Assembly (NCBI RefSeq): GCF_018977255.1
Contig: NW_024705361.1
Coordinates: 1-51,599, forward strand
DNA from: Callorhinchus milii
Taxonomy: Eukaryota
Length of the DNA: 51,599 nt
Direction: 5' to 3'
The position numbers were made by a program, and so were the translations under genes. Under the pieces are notes generated by a model. It was given only the letters and a program-made list of their open reading frames with translations. It was not told the DNA's origin and did no database searches. Within the stretch, counting starts at the first letter, position 1, and each line of letters starts with the position of its first letter. Of the stretch, positions 25,131-36,527 are shown piece by piece.

Positions 25131-25334
25131 GTACACCACCCACCGTCCCCCACGCACCACAAACTCCCCACACTCACCCACGCTGTGAAGTGTTGAGTCG
25201 CCCCGCGTCTCTCGCCCCTGACAGACGCAGACGCGGCCCGGCTCCCCGTGTCGCCGCTACTGCCGCTATCTCAGCCTCAGGCCGACAGCAGCAGTGGCAT
25301 CAAGACGTCTCCCCCAGCAGCAGCACGAAGGAGA

Positions 25335-25425
25335 GGGTGGAGGGATGGGTGAGGGAGGGGTTAGAGGAGGGGTAAGGGGAAGGATGGGGGGAGGGTTTGG
25401 GGGAGGGGTGGAGGGAGGGGAACGG
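25335..25425 (+). repeat. G-run-rich purine tract (G-quadruplex-capable)
   Basis: More than ten GGG+ runs with short spacers. Confidence 0.7.
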
Positions 25426-25949
25426 TGGCACCTGCAATCACTGTGGTGATTTATGTGTGGTAAGCTTTACATTTGTTGTTTCATTACTTTATTTTACACG
25501 TAATTTGTTGTATCTCTCACGGTAATAAAGTTACTCAAGAGTGAAACATGTTAAGGCTGAAACGTAGCTCAATTTTAGCATGGTATGATTGTTTGCTAAT
25601 CGAGAATTTTCCACGGAACGTATCTCGCTCGTTAAGTGAGACACGCCAGTTTCAGAATTGTACTGAGACAATGTTGGTTAATTTGATTGTGAGTTCCTCA
25701 CCAGGTGACTTGTCATTCGTCAGTGAGCTCACTCACGATAACCACCAATGTGATCATCTCACCTGTCACGCAACTCGTGTGATGCACTGATTCAGTCTGC
25801 GACACTCATTATATGTCTAAAGTGAAAGTAATTTGTTCCTAAAATAAACATTGAGGTGGTGCTTACCTCCTGCTTACAGCCCTGATCCGGTGGTGGTAAT
25901 TCCACGTTCTTATGACGGGAATGAGTTTATTTTCAAGACAAGCAGTATT

Positions 25950-26205
25950 GATATTATGTGGCGCTTTTTATGGCTGGGTAGACAGCGGCAGTGTAGCGAT
26001 CGTTGCTCAATGAGATTTTATTATATTTCTGACCCGGGCGACTTGCAAATGAGACTAACTTGACTTCACCTGACTGGACTTCCCCACAAAGTAGTGCTCA
26101 CATTATCGACCCATTAAGGATGATGGGATGAGTCAACCCCAACTAGGGTTTGAACTCAACATTCTGATTGCAAAGCTGCTGCCTCTACTACTGAGATACC
26201 AGGCC
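25950..26205 (-). mobile_element. Degenerate tRNA-derived SINE
   Basis: Minus strand shows A-box-like TATCTCAGTAGTAGAG, B-box-like GAGTTCAAACCC, then GTTGACTCATCCCATCATCCTTAATGGGTCGATAA, resembling from memory a conserved SINE central domain. Confidence 0.55.
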
Positions 26206-27219
26206 AGTTAGTTAACATATCATTATTAACATTTTTAAAATCATGCTACATATTAAATGTGAAATATCTGAGCCCGTTGTGCCTCCACAAAACAGAACTT
26301 GTATCCCGGCTGATGTCGTCTGCATTAGACCAACGTGGCCTCACCATAGTCCAGGTCTCCCTCGCATTGCTCCACTTGGAAATTCCCTCCCATCGTCTTT
26401 GTCCCAAGTTCTTTGATACATCATGGGTCAATGTCTAGAAACGTGTTAACTCTCATCTATTACAACTTGAATCGTGCTGTTTGTTGCTGGCCGCTTTTCG
26501 TTATTGGCCATTGTGCCTTCACTCGGTAACCGCGATTTATAACAAAATGCCGATTTGTTATTGGCTATGAAGTAGTCTCACCCCCACACTGTGTGAGTGT
26601 GTGCACTGTTATACGTGTAGGTGTGTATGCGTCGTACACGTGCACGGTTATAAATTCCCCCCACGTGCACAGCTCACGACTCCAGTGCAAAACCACTCCC
26701 TGTGTAACGGTTACATTTTTACCCCCAGTTACATCGCATGCATTGCTATTTACATCTCCGTATTTCACAACCCTCATTATAAGCGTGGCGTTTAGTGAGC
26801 GTTACTGCAAGAGCTTCTGTTAGTGGGTCTTGTGTTAATCTGTCCGGCAGGGGTTATGTGATGCCACCGCAGCGAAGGCGCTATGCCGGCGCCGCGCCTG
26901 CGATGCCACCACAACAAAGCAGCCTGGCCGATGCTGCTTTCCCCTCACCACCCCCCACATGAACACACCCCCACGTAAGACCTCGTGTGGAACTCACTTG
27001 GCCTCCAGATTTTCACCCAGGAGCCCCTCGCAGGAATGTCTCCACAGTTTCCTGGGGCCAGGGAATTGACAGATTTCCCCCAGGTTAAGTTGCACTGCGG
27101 CGCCGTGAATTGCCTTGCAATTACATGGTCACGGCGAGGCCACTCAGCCACCGCAGTGAGGACACACACAGCACAACAGGTAGGGGGGGGGCTGAAGGGA
27201 CGCTGACTGAGCACCCGGG

Positions 27220-27395
27220 GAAAGCGCTCTGATTGGCTAGGAAAACCCCCGAGCTTAGCGGCGAACCCTTTGATATGGAAAGCGGTAAGCGGACGGGATA
27301 GAGGGACTCCGGTACGGGCAAGCGATCTGATTGGCCGGGAAGGCCGTCGGATTAGCCGAGGGGTTTCTTTGATGTAGAGAACAATAAAAGGAAAC
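27220..27395. promoter_or_regulatory. Candidate promoter with duplicated CCAAT + TCF/LEF-like module
   Basis: ATTGG at 27232 and 27330; CTTTGAT at 27268 and 27367 (98-99 bp spacing); AACAATAAAAG at 27380; CpG-rich surroundings. Confidence 0.4.
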
Positions 27396-27963
27396 GAGAG
27401 GGCACAATGGGGAGTTCGGGTACTTCTAAAGTCAGCGAGCCACGCGATTAGCCTTCGAGCGTCCAAGTGACGCTACGAGCGCAGCTGGGACACGAGACCC
27501 AGGCAGGGAGAAATCTCCACCACCTTCGTCCCTCCAACCCCCAACACGGCCGGGAAAAATCGTGAGTACGGACGAAGGGCTTAGTGGGGAATAGCGTGAG
27601 GAATCCTCGGAGCGTAATTCGAAACAGGCGAGGTGGGTTGGGTTTAGTCTATCATGAGATAGATTAGTGTTAACCTACGGATTTCGGCTCTGGGTCACGT
27701 AATATTTACTTACAGTTGCGCCGAGACTAAACCTCTAGTATAAAAATAACAGCGCCGTGTGATTTCTGAGGGGGGTGGAGAAAGTGTGGACGCGGTGTGG
27801 GTACGTGCGTACGTGGAAAGCGCGCGTATTCATTGATAAAGCTGTCACGCGTCGGTGCCCGATGTTTGCGCTCGAGGGCATATATTACACTGCGCGCCTT
27901 GCGCAGTGTGTTTACGTTGCGACGCGCGCGTTAAGTGGGTCGGCGTGTGCGAGATTCAAGCAC

Positions 27964-28030
27964 GTGGTTGTGGTTGTGGTGGTGGTTATTGTGGTGGTGG
28001 TTATTGTGGTGGTGGTTGTGGTGGTTGTTG
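27964..28030. repeat. (GTG/GTT)n microsatellite
   Basis: Direct reading. Confidence 0.9.
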
Positions 28031-29231
28031 CTTGTGTGTAGAGCTCCGCCGCGAGGTACACGGGTATGCACGTGCATATTCATACGGCTATTTTTAGCGC
28101 GTGCACGAGGTGGCAAAATAGGCGCGGGTGACTGCGCGTGTCCGAGGGTGGGCAGCGGCGTGCACGGGCACGCACGTGCAAGGAGTCTTCTCCGAACATT
28201 TGGGGGGAATGTACGCGGGAGTGTGTGTGGATAACCTGAGGTGGCCGAGGGCCAGCCAAGAGTCATGTCTCACAGGGGGAACGCGGAGGCATCGAGGCCG
28301 AAGCTATGAGCAGCAGCGGCGCGGAGGGAGGAAGAGGAGGAAGGGGGAGAGGAGTCGAGGAGCAGCAGCCCTCCCACGAGTGAGGAGTCGGGGGGCAGCT
28401 GCAGTTATGATTAACAACTCAAAAAGCATCACTCAGTGGTGTAAGTGTAAACTCGCTTCACTCTTTTAGACACACGCAAACATTTAAAAAAGACAAAGAT
28501 AGCCCGTATAACTTGAACAGGTTATTGCTGAAAGTTCAGTTCGTGAGTGTTAATGTATATATGTTGAACTTTTTTTGCACCGTATGCAGCCAACCGTGAT
28601 AATAGAGGTGTGGTGTAAGGACAACAAACTAAACACAAAAAGCAGTTCTAAATATATTAGTTTCCAATCTAAACTTAAAAGTGTATAGCTCCCAGTGGCT
28701 TCATAATATCGTAAACAAGAGCGTTCCAGACGGCAGCAGAAGCGCATCTAAAAGCGCGAGATGCATCGACTGTCTTTGTTCGATGGCGAGTCAAAAACGG
28801 TTGCGATGGTGACTGGGGTTCGCGTGATAGTTTATGCTTTTAACGAGATCAGCAAGGTATTGTGGTTCATTTGTGGCAAGCACTTTGTGTATAATGAGCG
28901 CGACCTTATCAATGCGGCTCGGCGAGCACGAGACATACATGGTCAGATTTGCACTATCGGTCACGACACGTACCAGAGTTTTGTAGATCTTGCACTACTG
29001 GTCACGACACGTACCAAAGAGTTTTGTAAATGCAGCAGGTTGGTAATATTTTGACAGACGTTCCGTAGAGTAGTGAGTATATATGAAGTAGAGAATGGCA
29101 AACGAGGGGGTTCCTGGCTAACACCACGCCAAGCCGCCTTTGGCTCCTCAATTGTGATAATATGCTGAGTCGATACTCTTTGGTTCATTCGGTAAAGTGA
29201 TGTAGTTAGAAATAAAATAAAATAAAACAAA

Positions 29232-29274
29232 TCACGACGTTTCGATTGCAACACAAGCAATCATCATCAGGTGT
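29232..29274 (-). ncRNA. Minimal type I hammerhead ribozyme in a Penelope-like terminus
   Basis: CAC-CUGAUGA-u-GAUUGC(uuguguu)GCAAUC-GAAACGUC-GUG. Confidence 0.75.
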
Positions 29275-29586
29275 GAAAACCACAGCAAGAAGAGAGAGAG
29301 AGAGATGCCGTGGCAAGATGTTATATAGGTAAGAAAGGGGGGAGAGGGGGGGTGTGGGGTAGGGGGAGCACTGCGTGAGCGCTAAGAGAGGACGTGAGGA
29401 CGGGGGAGGGGAAGTGGGCAGAGCTGGAAGTGGGAGGCTGGGAAAGCTGGGAATGCTGTTAGCGAGCACCAATGAAGGCCTACAAGGCACACGATGGGTT
29501 GGGTGACCAACACCTCGCCCGGCCGCCTTTATCTCCCTAATGGCGTCGTTTACACCCTGCACCAGGTACTTATTTGAGGCTGATTC

Positions 29587-31500
29587 GACACAACAACCGC
29601 CATTCGCCACTAAGTGGCGGTGATGTCACCACGACGCTTGTGCCAGGCCATGTGCACCTTGAGGCCACGTGAAGTGTCGAACGCCCGCTGGCAGGAGTTC
29701 ACGGGTCAGATCTAAGTGCCACGGGTTGACTGAGATAACTGGCTGATGCACCACCTGTGCCCCCTTTAGTGCCAACTTGCTGTGCTTTAGACACCCGGCG
29801 CTCCGCTCGTTGTTGTGAGCATCGCTCCTCCGCCCTCGTTGTTGTTGGAGGGCGACTGCCTCCAACTGCTCAGTAGCGTCTTCACGAGCCTCCTCCAGAG
29901 GCCGATCTTGACACTGCTGGTACCAGTCATCGGCAAGTCCACTCAGCTGCACATCCTCCTGTACCACGTCACTCCATCTCTTCTCTAGCCCGTGCCACGT
30001 CCATTTAGCCCTCTCGATCCGGCCGAACGAAAGCTGTTTGGGCATGCGGTGATTGGGCATGCGGGCTACATGGCCCAGAAAACGCAGCCTTGCCTGCCGG
30101 AGGTACTCACCGATGGGACTTTGTCCAGATCTTTCGAGAATGTGTGAGCTCCTCACACAATCCAGCCTAGTTAAACCCAGGATTGATCGTAGGCAGGCCA
30201 GCCTAAATGTTTCTCACCGGCGAAGATGTTCCATTAGGGGAGTCCACGTTTCGCAAGCGTAGAGAAGGGAGGGAATGACTGTGGCTGAGAAGACCCGAAA
30301 CTTCGTGCGGAGCGACAGACCAGGTAGCTTCCACACACCATTACGCAACCGACGAAAAGATAATGCCCGTCGACTGATTTGGAGTGAGACCTCTGCTGCT
30401 AAACCGGAGCCGGTCATGAGCGCACTACCCAGGTATAGGAAACTCTCCACTCTCTCCGCAACTGCCCCATCACTGATTGGGAGTTGTGGGGGTGGAGTGC
30501 CCGATGGTACAAAATACCCAGGCAGGTGCGTCGTTTTGGTGGGGCTGATGGTAAGGCCCCACCTCTTAGTGGCACACTCCAGTTTCAGCAGCAGCGCCTC
30601 CAACTCCTCTGAGTGAGCCGCAATTACCAGGTCGTCGGCATAAATAACGTGGTTGACCAATAGGGAGCCATCCCTTTACCGCACCCGGGCATCGATCAGC
30701 CTCCCATTGTATCTGTACTAGATGGAAATTCCTCCGGTACAGCTACTGAAGGCTTCACGAACTACGTGGTCGAAATAAATGTTAAATAATGTGGGAGCCA
30801 GAGGACATCCCTGTCGCACCCCAAGGTGTACAGGGAATGGCTCTGACTCCCAGCCACGTAGTTTTACCCGGGCCTGCTCACCATCTTGAAGGTCCTTAAT
30901 GAGCGTGAGCAGAGGGTCAGGGACTCCGAAAGCACGAAGAACAACCCAGAGCCCAGGCCTACTGATGGTATCATAGGCCTTGACCAGGTCAATTAAGCAG
31001 CGATGTAGGTCTTGTTCGAATTCCCTACACCTCTGCTGTAGCAGACGGACAGAAAAAATGGTATCTGTGCTGGACCGCCCTTTTCTGAAACCGCATTGGG
31101 GCTCAGCAAGCTTCTCCTCAGCGTGCCTACCAAGGCGATGTAGAATAATCCTTGCCAGGACCTTTCCCAGCACACTGAGGAGTGAGATGCCCCTGTAGTT
31201 ATTACAGTCTGTGCGGTCCCCCTTCTTAAAGAGGGCATCCTTCCAATCCTGCGGAACCCGTCCAGTGGCCCAGACTGTTGTTATGATGTCATGTAGGACA
31301 GTCTGTGCACAAACGCCACCCTCCCGCAGCATTTCGCTTGGGAAATCATCTCTGCCCGGTGCCTTACCTGGTTTCAGACTTTGGATCGCTTTCAGTACTT
31401 CAACGGATGGCACCTCAGCCAGCCACTCACAGGGGGTGACTTCCTCCTACGATATTTGAGGCACCGCAGCCTCAGCAGGGTCATCCCCACTTTGTGCTGT
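29587..31500 (-). mobile_element. 5'-truncated RTE-type LINE with frameshifted reverse transcriptase
   Basis: Motifs NYRGISLLS, QCGFRKGRS, IDLVKAYD, GVRQGCPLAPTLF, YADD, YLGS and RLRFLGHVARM across ORFs 30718-31413, 30214-30660 and 29626-30156; short GTT tail. Confidence 0.9.
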
Positions 31501-31531
31501 TTCATTCAGACGCTGTTGTCTCGACAGACCT

Positions 31532-31584
31532 GGTTTTCACCTGAGGACGGCTGCTTGCGTTGTGGCCGAAACATCGTGAGAATT
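31532..31584 (+). ncRNA. Minimal hammerhead ribozyme in a Penelope-like terminus
   Basis: UUUUCAC-CUGAGGA-c-GGCUGC(uugcguu)GUGGCC-GAAACAUC-GUGAGAA. Confidence 0.7.
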
Positions 31585-31659
31585 ATTTTATTATGTTTTA
31601 TTTTTATTATTTTATTACTTCCCTTCTACGTGACTTCACCGAAAGAACCAAGAAGAAGA

Positions 31660-32045
31660 TGTATCACGGTTCAACAAAAAATGGAAGCATTGTTAAAGTC
31701 ATATATAAGACAAAATATTGTACATTTGCATGCAACACTTATAAATACTGTATCGTGAACAAAACATAAAGTTACGTAAATATTTTTTTTATTGTCATTT
31801 ACCTTTACTCTGGATGCTGCCTGCTTGTCGGGAGGGGGCGTAACGAGTCCCTACAACTGCACACACCGGGGCAGGGGGAGGGGGGTGAACGCTCGCACAC
31901 ACACACAACAGCGACAATCAGCCCCCGTATAGCCTTACCAGAATCTTTGGGCAAGTGCTGTTAGCGAGCAGCGCCTATGAAGCCCGAAATGGCACACGGG
32001 GTGAATGGCCAGCACCACGCCCGGCTGCCTTTCTATCTCCATACA
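31660..32045. repeat. Unclassified interspersed repeat, also at ~44975-45350 (inverted) and partly at ~29450-29540
   Basis: Shared core TGCTGTTAGCGAGCA...ATGAAG...GGCACACG...CACC.CGCCCGGC.GCCTTT.TCTCC. Confidence 0.65.
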
Positions 32046-32066
32046 CGAGACTCACAGGCGTACATG

Positions 32067-32655
32067 TATAATAAATGACTCCGTCACACGATGTTGATCT
32101 CCGTCGGTCCTTTATTTGTGTTCGTCTTCCGCTCACCCCGCTGGCCTCCTCCTTGGTCCAGCGTTGTCTCTCCTTGCGTCCCGCGCACTCTCTATGCAGC
32201 TACTCTGCTGCCCTGTGCAATCTCGCACCCTCTGCTAGCCTCCGCTAGTCTGCAGCTACTCGGCTGCTCCGTGCAACCTCGCATGCCCTGTGCTAGCCCC
32301 CGCTAGTCTGCAGCTACTCTGCTGCTTATGCAACCTCGCACCCTCTGCTAGCCTCCGCTAGTCTGCAGCTACTCTGCTGCTCCGTGCAACCTCGCACGCC
32401 CTGTGCGCCCCGCGTACTCTGCTCTCTCCTCACCCCGCTGGCTGGCGCCGTCATGAGCCCCTCAGCCACCAGGCTGAGGCACGGCGACCACCCAACGTGG
32501 TCTCCCTTCTTCACTCCCTCGACTCCCCCGATGTCTTCCTGTCTCCTCGCTATATCTTCTCCCAACGTGACCCTGACTCCTCCCTCTCCCCCGTGACCCT
32601 GACTGCTCCCTCTCGGATCGTCACATATAACCTGCCCATTTACGCTCGCATTACA
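32067..32655 (-). mobile_element. Solo LTR related to the Leu-PBS Gypsy family
   Basis: Minus strand starts TGTAATGCGAGCGTAAATGGG (as at 50104) and ends TTATTATA; TSD CATG at 32063-32066 and 32656-32659; internal short tandem repeats at 32195-32400. Confidence 0.8.
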
Positions 32656-32699
32656 CATGCATCCGTGCACACACACACATCAAAACACAACTACCTTCG

Positions 32700-33408
32700 A
32701 TAATTGTTTTTTTACCCTTCTATCTGGCAACAAAACTGACACCTTTTTTACAAGGAGTCATGTTTGCATAGACCGCAATACCTGCAGTCATAATACAAAC
32801 AAAAGACATAACTCTGATAATGTGCACTGTCCTTGAAGTTGATTGGTCCACACCCAAGACAGCTTTCCTTAGAGCCTAGTCTCACATGGGTTGGACCAGA
32901 TGACGCCAAAAGGCGCACAACTCAAAGACAATGCACCATCAGAGTATGAGAGCTCGGGCAAGCATCTACACTATGGGAACCTCATTTGCCAGTAAAAATA
33001 TGATAATTGTTTTTTACCCTTCTATCTGGCAACAAAACTGACACCTTTTTACAAGGAGTCATGTTTGCATAGACCGCAATACCTGCAGTCATAATACAAA
33101 CAAAAGACATAACTCTGATAATGTGCACTGTCCTTGAAGTTGATTGGTCCACACCCGAGACAGCTTTCCTTAGAGCCTAGTCTCACATGGGTTGGACCAG
33201 ATGACGCCAAAAGGCGCACAACTCAAAGACAATGCACCATCAGAGTATGAGAGCTCGGGCAAGCATCTACACTATGGAACCTCAATTGCCAGCAAAAATA
33301 TGATAATTGTCTTTTGTTTGTATTATGACTGCAGGTATTGCGGTCTATGCAAACATGACTCCTTGTAAAAAGGTGTCAGTTTTGTTGCCAGATAGAAGGG
33401 TAAAAAAC
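32700..33408. repeat. Two ~301-bp tandem units followed by an inverted copy of about 100 bp of the unit start
   Basis: 32700-33001 is near-identical to 33002-33301; 33308-33408 is the reverse complement of the unit start. Confidence 0.9.
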
Positions 33409-34432
33409 CAACAACTACCGTCGTTCACCCCTAAGTGGCGGTGACAACACCACAGCACTTGTGCCATGCTCGGTACATTTTGAGGCCACGTGAAGTGTCG
33501 AAGTCTGGCTGGCAGGAGGTCATGTAATAGACGCAGGTGCTATGGATTGACTAAGGAAGATGATGGGCAGATGCAACAGCCGTGCTCCCCACTGTGCCAA
33601 CTTTCTTTGTTTCAGTTGTCTGGCGTTTTGCTCGTTGTTTTGAGCCTCGCTCCTCTGCCCTATGCTGTTGCTGGAGGGCGACTGCCTCCACCTCCCCAGC
33701 AGCGCCTTTCATAAAACTTCTCCGCAGAAGCCGATCGTGACACTGCTGATACAAGTCATCAATAAGTCCAATCAGCTCCACATCCTTCTGTACCACATCA
33801 GTCCATCTCTTTCCTAGCCCGTACCGCGTGCATTTAGCGCCATCTATCCAGCCAAATTTCCTTTCGAGAGAGGTAAGGGAGGGTATAACTGTGGCCGAGA
33901 AGACATGAAGATTTGTATGGAGTGACATGCCAGGTAGCTTCCACACAGTGTTCAGCAGCTGATGAAAATATAATGCTGCTCGAATGATTTGAAGTGAGAC
34001 CTCGCTTCAAAAACGGAGTTGGTCATCAGCACATTGCCAAAGTATTAAAATTTCTACACTCTCTCCGCAACTGCCCAAAATACATGAGGAATAGAGGAAG
34101 GGAGCATTTTGATTATGTAAAATACCCAGGGAGGTGATTTGTTTTCGTGGGGCTGATGGTAACGGCCCATATTTTAGTAACATGCTCCATGTTTAGCAGT
34201 AGTGTCTCCAACTCCTCCTTAGAGTGGGCAGTAATCACCAGATCATCCGCATTCACAATATGGTTTACCAATAGAGAGCCATCCCATGACCGGACATGGG
34301 CATCGATTAGCCTCCCATTTTATCTATACCAGATAGAAATTCTACTGGTACATCCATGGAAATCGTCTCAAACTACGTACTCAAAGAAAATGTCAAGTCG
34401 TGTAGGGGCCAGAGGACATCCGTGTCGCACAT
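33409..34432 (-). mobile_element. Degenerate RTE-type LINE fragment
   Basis: Colinear with 29590-30820 with deletions; WKLPGMSLHTNLHVFSATVIPSL and KRWTDVVQKDV. Confidence 0.85.
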
Positions 34433-34628
34433 TTCTCACATATTCCATCATCCCTTAATCCCATTACGTCGATTTCATATGTAACGAAGCACTTGTTTTG
34501 TATAATATATATTTGCTTTCGTCTAGATTTGAAGCTTTCGTGACTGCAAGGATTCATATTCTTAGGTTTTTTCGGTAAAGTCACGTAGGTAAAAAATTAA
34601 AATTAATAAAAGTAAAATAAAATAAAAA

Positions 34629-34671
34629 TCACGACGTTTCGGAGGCAACACAAGCTTCTGTCTTCAGGTGG
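34629..34671 (-). ncRNA. Minimal hammerhead ribozyme (stem II mismatched)
   Basis: CAC-CUGAAGA-c-AGAAGC(uuguguu)GCCUCC-GAAACGUC-GUG. Confidence 0.65.
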
Positions 34672-34781
34672 TACCGTCACAGCACGATAGCTATATCAAG
34701 TAAATGAGAGATTACAAGAGATACTACTCCGTATATATAATGGTTGAGGGGGGGGGGATGGGCCAGGAACGGCCCACTTTT

Positions 34782-35492
34782 TAAATCCTTTATATTAAGT
34801 TCGCTTGCTTGCGTGCTTGCTTGCTTGCTGCTTGCTTGCTTAGGACCGTGCAAATCTTTCGCTCGTTTTTTAACCCACTTCCCGTTATCCAATCGAGCTG
34901 ACATTTTCCACACAGACTCGTTGTGCGAGACAATTAATGTTCGTGAAAAATGTTTCAAAATTTTTACACTTTTTAGGCAAAAAAAAGTATTTTACATTTA
35001 TTCAAATACAACTCATTCATGGCTTTGGCTGAACGTCACAGTGTAGGAGCCCAGAGCGTAACCCTCCACAGGCCATGCCGGAGTAGCGCAGTTGGTAGTG
35101 CCCTCGCTTCCCATGCCAAAGGTCGCGGGATCGATCCCCGCGTCCTCCACAGGCGAATATATTTTTAAATCCTTTATATTAAGTTCGCTTGCTTGCTTAG
35201 GACCGTGCAAATCTTTCGCTCGTTTTTTAACCCACTTCCCGTGATCCAATCGAGCTGACATTTTCCACACAGACTCGTTGTGGTGACAATTAATTTTCGT
35301 GAAATTTTTTTTCCAAAGTTTTACACTGTTTAGGGAAAACAAATTAAATATTTAATTACCAATTGCTTAATACTGGCAGACAATCATCTGACCCATAGGT
35401 GGCAGCCATCTCAAGCCAGAGGACGAGAAGACTCTAGCCGCCACGCATATAAAGGATTTATAGTGAAAAACTTTGTTTTTACTGGTTATACT
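34782..35492 (+). mobile_element. Helentron-associated (DINE-1-like) element with duplicated head, inserted in a T-tract of the Penelope terminus
   Basis: Subterminal inverted repeats TAAATCCTTTATAT (34782, 35166) and ATATAAAGGATTTA (35447); (GCTT)n after the first; terminal hairpin AGTGAAAAAC-TTT-GTTTTTACT. The uninterrupted site is visible in the inverted copy at 36130-36160. Confidence 0.65.
35077..35149 (+). pseudogene. tRNA-Ala-like pseudogene / SINE head
   Basis: A box TAGCGCAGTTGG; T arm CGCGG-GATCGAT-CCCCGCG; 3' end CTCCA as in tRNA-Ala; CCC at the anticodon position; acceptor stem poorly paired. Confidence 0.65.
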
Positions 35493-36252
35493 TATTATTA
35501 TTATGGTAAGGTGCGGATTGAGACTACGGCTAGACTACATAACAAAGGACTGAGCCTTTATTATGGTGAGGTGCGGCTTGAGACTACGGCTCGCCTACAT
35601 AACAAACTGCTGCAAATGAGACCGAGCCTCTGCCATGTAGATGGTAAAAGCACAAAAGCAGGTCAGGAAGAAACAGCCTCCTGCTATGTTGTTTGGTGGG
35701 TAAAACTTATAGCAGGAAACCAGTGTGTGAAAAAAGAAGCTAAACCTGGTAAAAGAAAACTGGCTGTCTATCAGTAACCTGTACAGTAACTCAAGAATAG
35801 TTGTCTGTCAAATAAGATGGTCCAAATATGTGTAGTTTAATCTTTTTTGCATGGTTAATCACATCTTTCCAATGATTACTCAGTTTGTAACCATCATCAC
35901 GGTTGAAATTATGTCTGTGTTTGCATATTTGTATGGCTTCGTGTACAAACCTTTGATGGTAGCCAGGAGGTTCGCAGAGTACCTTGGTCTCGGAAAAGAC
36001 AATTTCATGAGAGCCCACAGAGTCGTAGCAATAATCGGCAAAGGCAGAAGCATCAGTCTCAAGCCGCACCTCACCATAATAAAAGCGCAGTCCTTTATTA
36101 TGTAGTCTAGCCGTAGTCTCAATCCGCACCTTACCATAATAATAAAAAGTGGGCCGTTCCTGGCCCATCCCCCCCCTCAACTATTATATATACGGAGTAG
36201 TATCTCTTGTAATCTCTCATTTACTTGATACAGCTATCGTGCTGTGATGGTT

Positions 36253-36295
36253 TCACCTGAAGACGGAAGCCTGTGTTGCCTCCGAAACGTCGTGA
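36253..36295 (+). ncRNA. Minimal hammerhead ribozyme
   Basis: UCAC-CUGAAGA-c-GGAAGC(cuguguu)GCCUCC-GAAACGUC-GUGA. Confidence 0.75.
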
Positions 36296-36527
36296 TTTTT
36301 ATTTTTTTTATTTTTATCTTATTTTTATTTTACTTTTATTAATTTTAATTTTTTACCTACGTGACTTTACCGAAAAAACCTAAGAATATATTTGCTTTCA
36401 TTACTGTAACTCTGTGTTTTTTATTTAGCTTTGATCATTTTTGTGATCCAGGTCTCTCTTGCAAATGAGACTCATCCTGGTCTCTTTAGTTCTCGCCATG
36501 TTCAACTAAATAAACTGGTACTCATAC

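Larger units (their letters stand above)
34521..36385 (-). mobile_element. Penelope-like element remnant with inverted termini
   Basis: Endonuclease C-terminal remnant ~35836-36050 (HEAIQI..H...FNRDDG); inverted terminal repeats; 14-bp TSD ATATATTTGCTTTC at 34507-34520 and 36386-36399. Confidence 0.85.

Noticed and set aside
27775..28266. Val-, Trp-, His- or Gly/Cys-rich ORFs
   Set aside because: Translations of the GTG/GTT microsatellite.
35077..35149. Functional tRNA-Gly(CCC)
   Set aside because: The body is Ala-like, acceptor and anticodon stems pair poorly, and it is embedded in a repeat.
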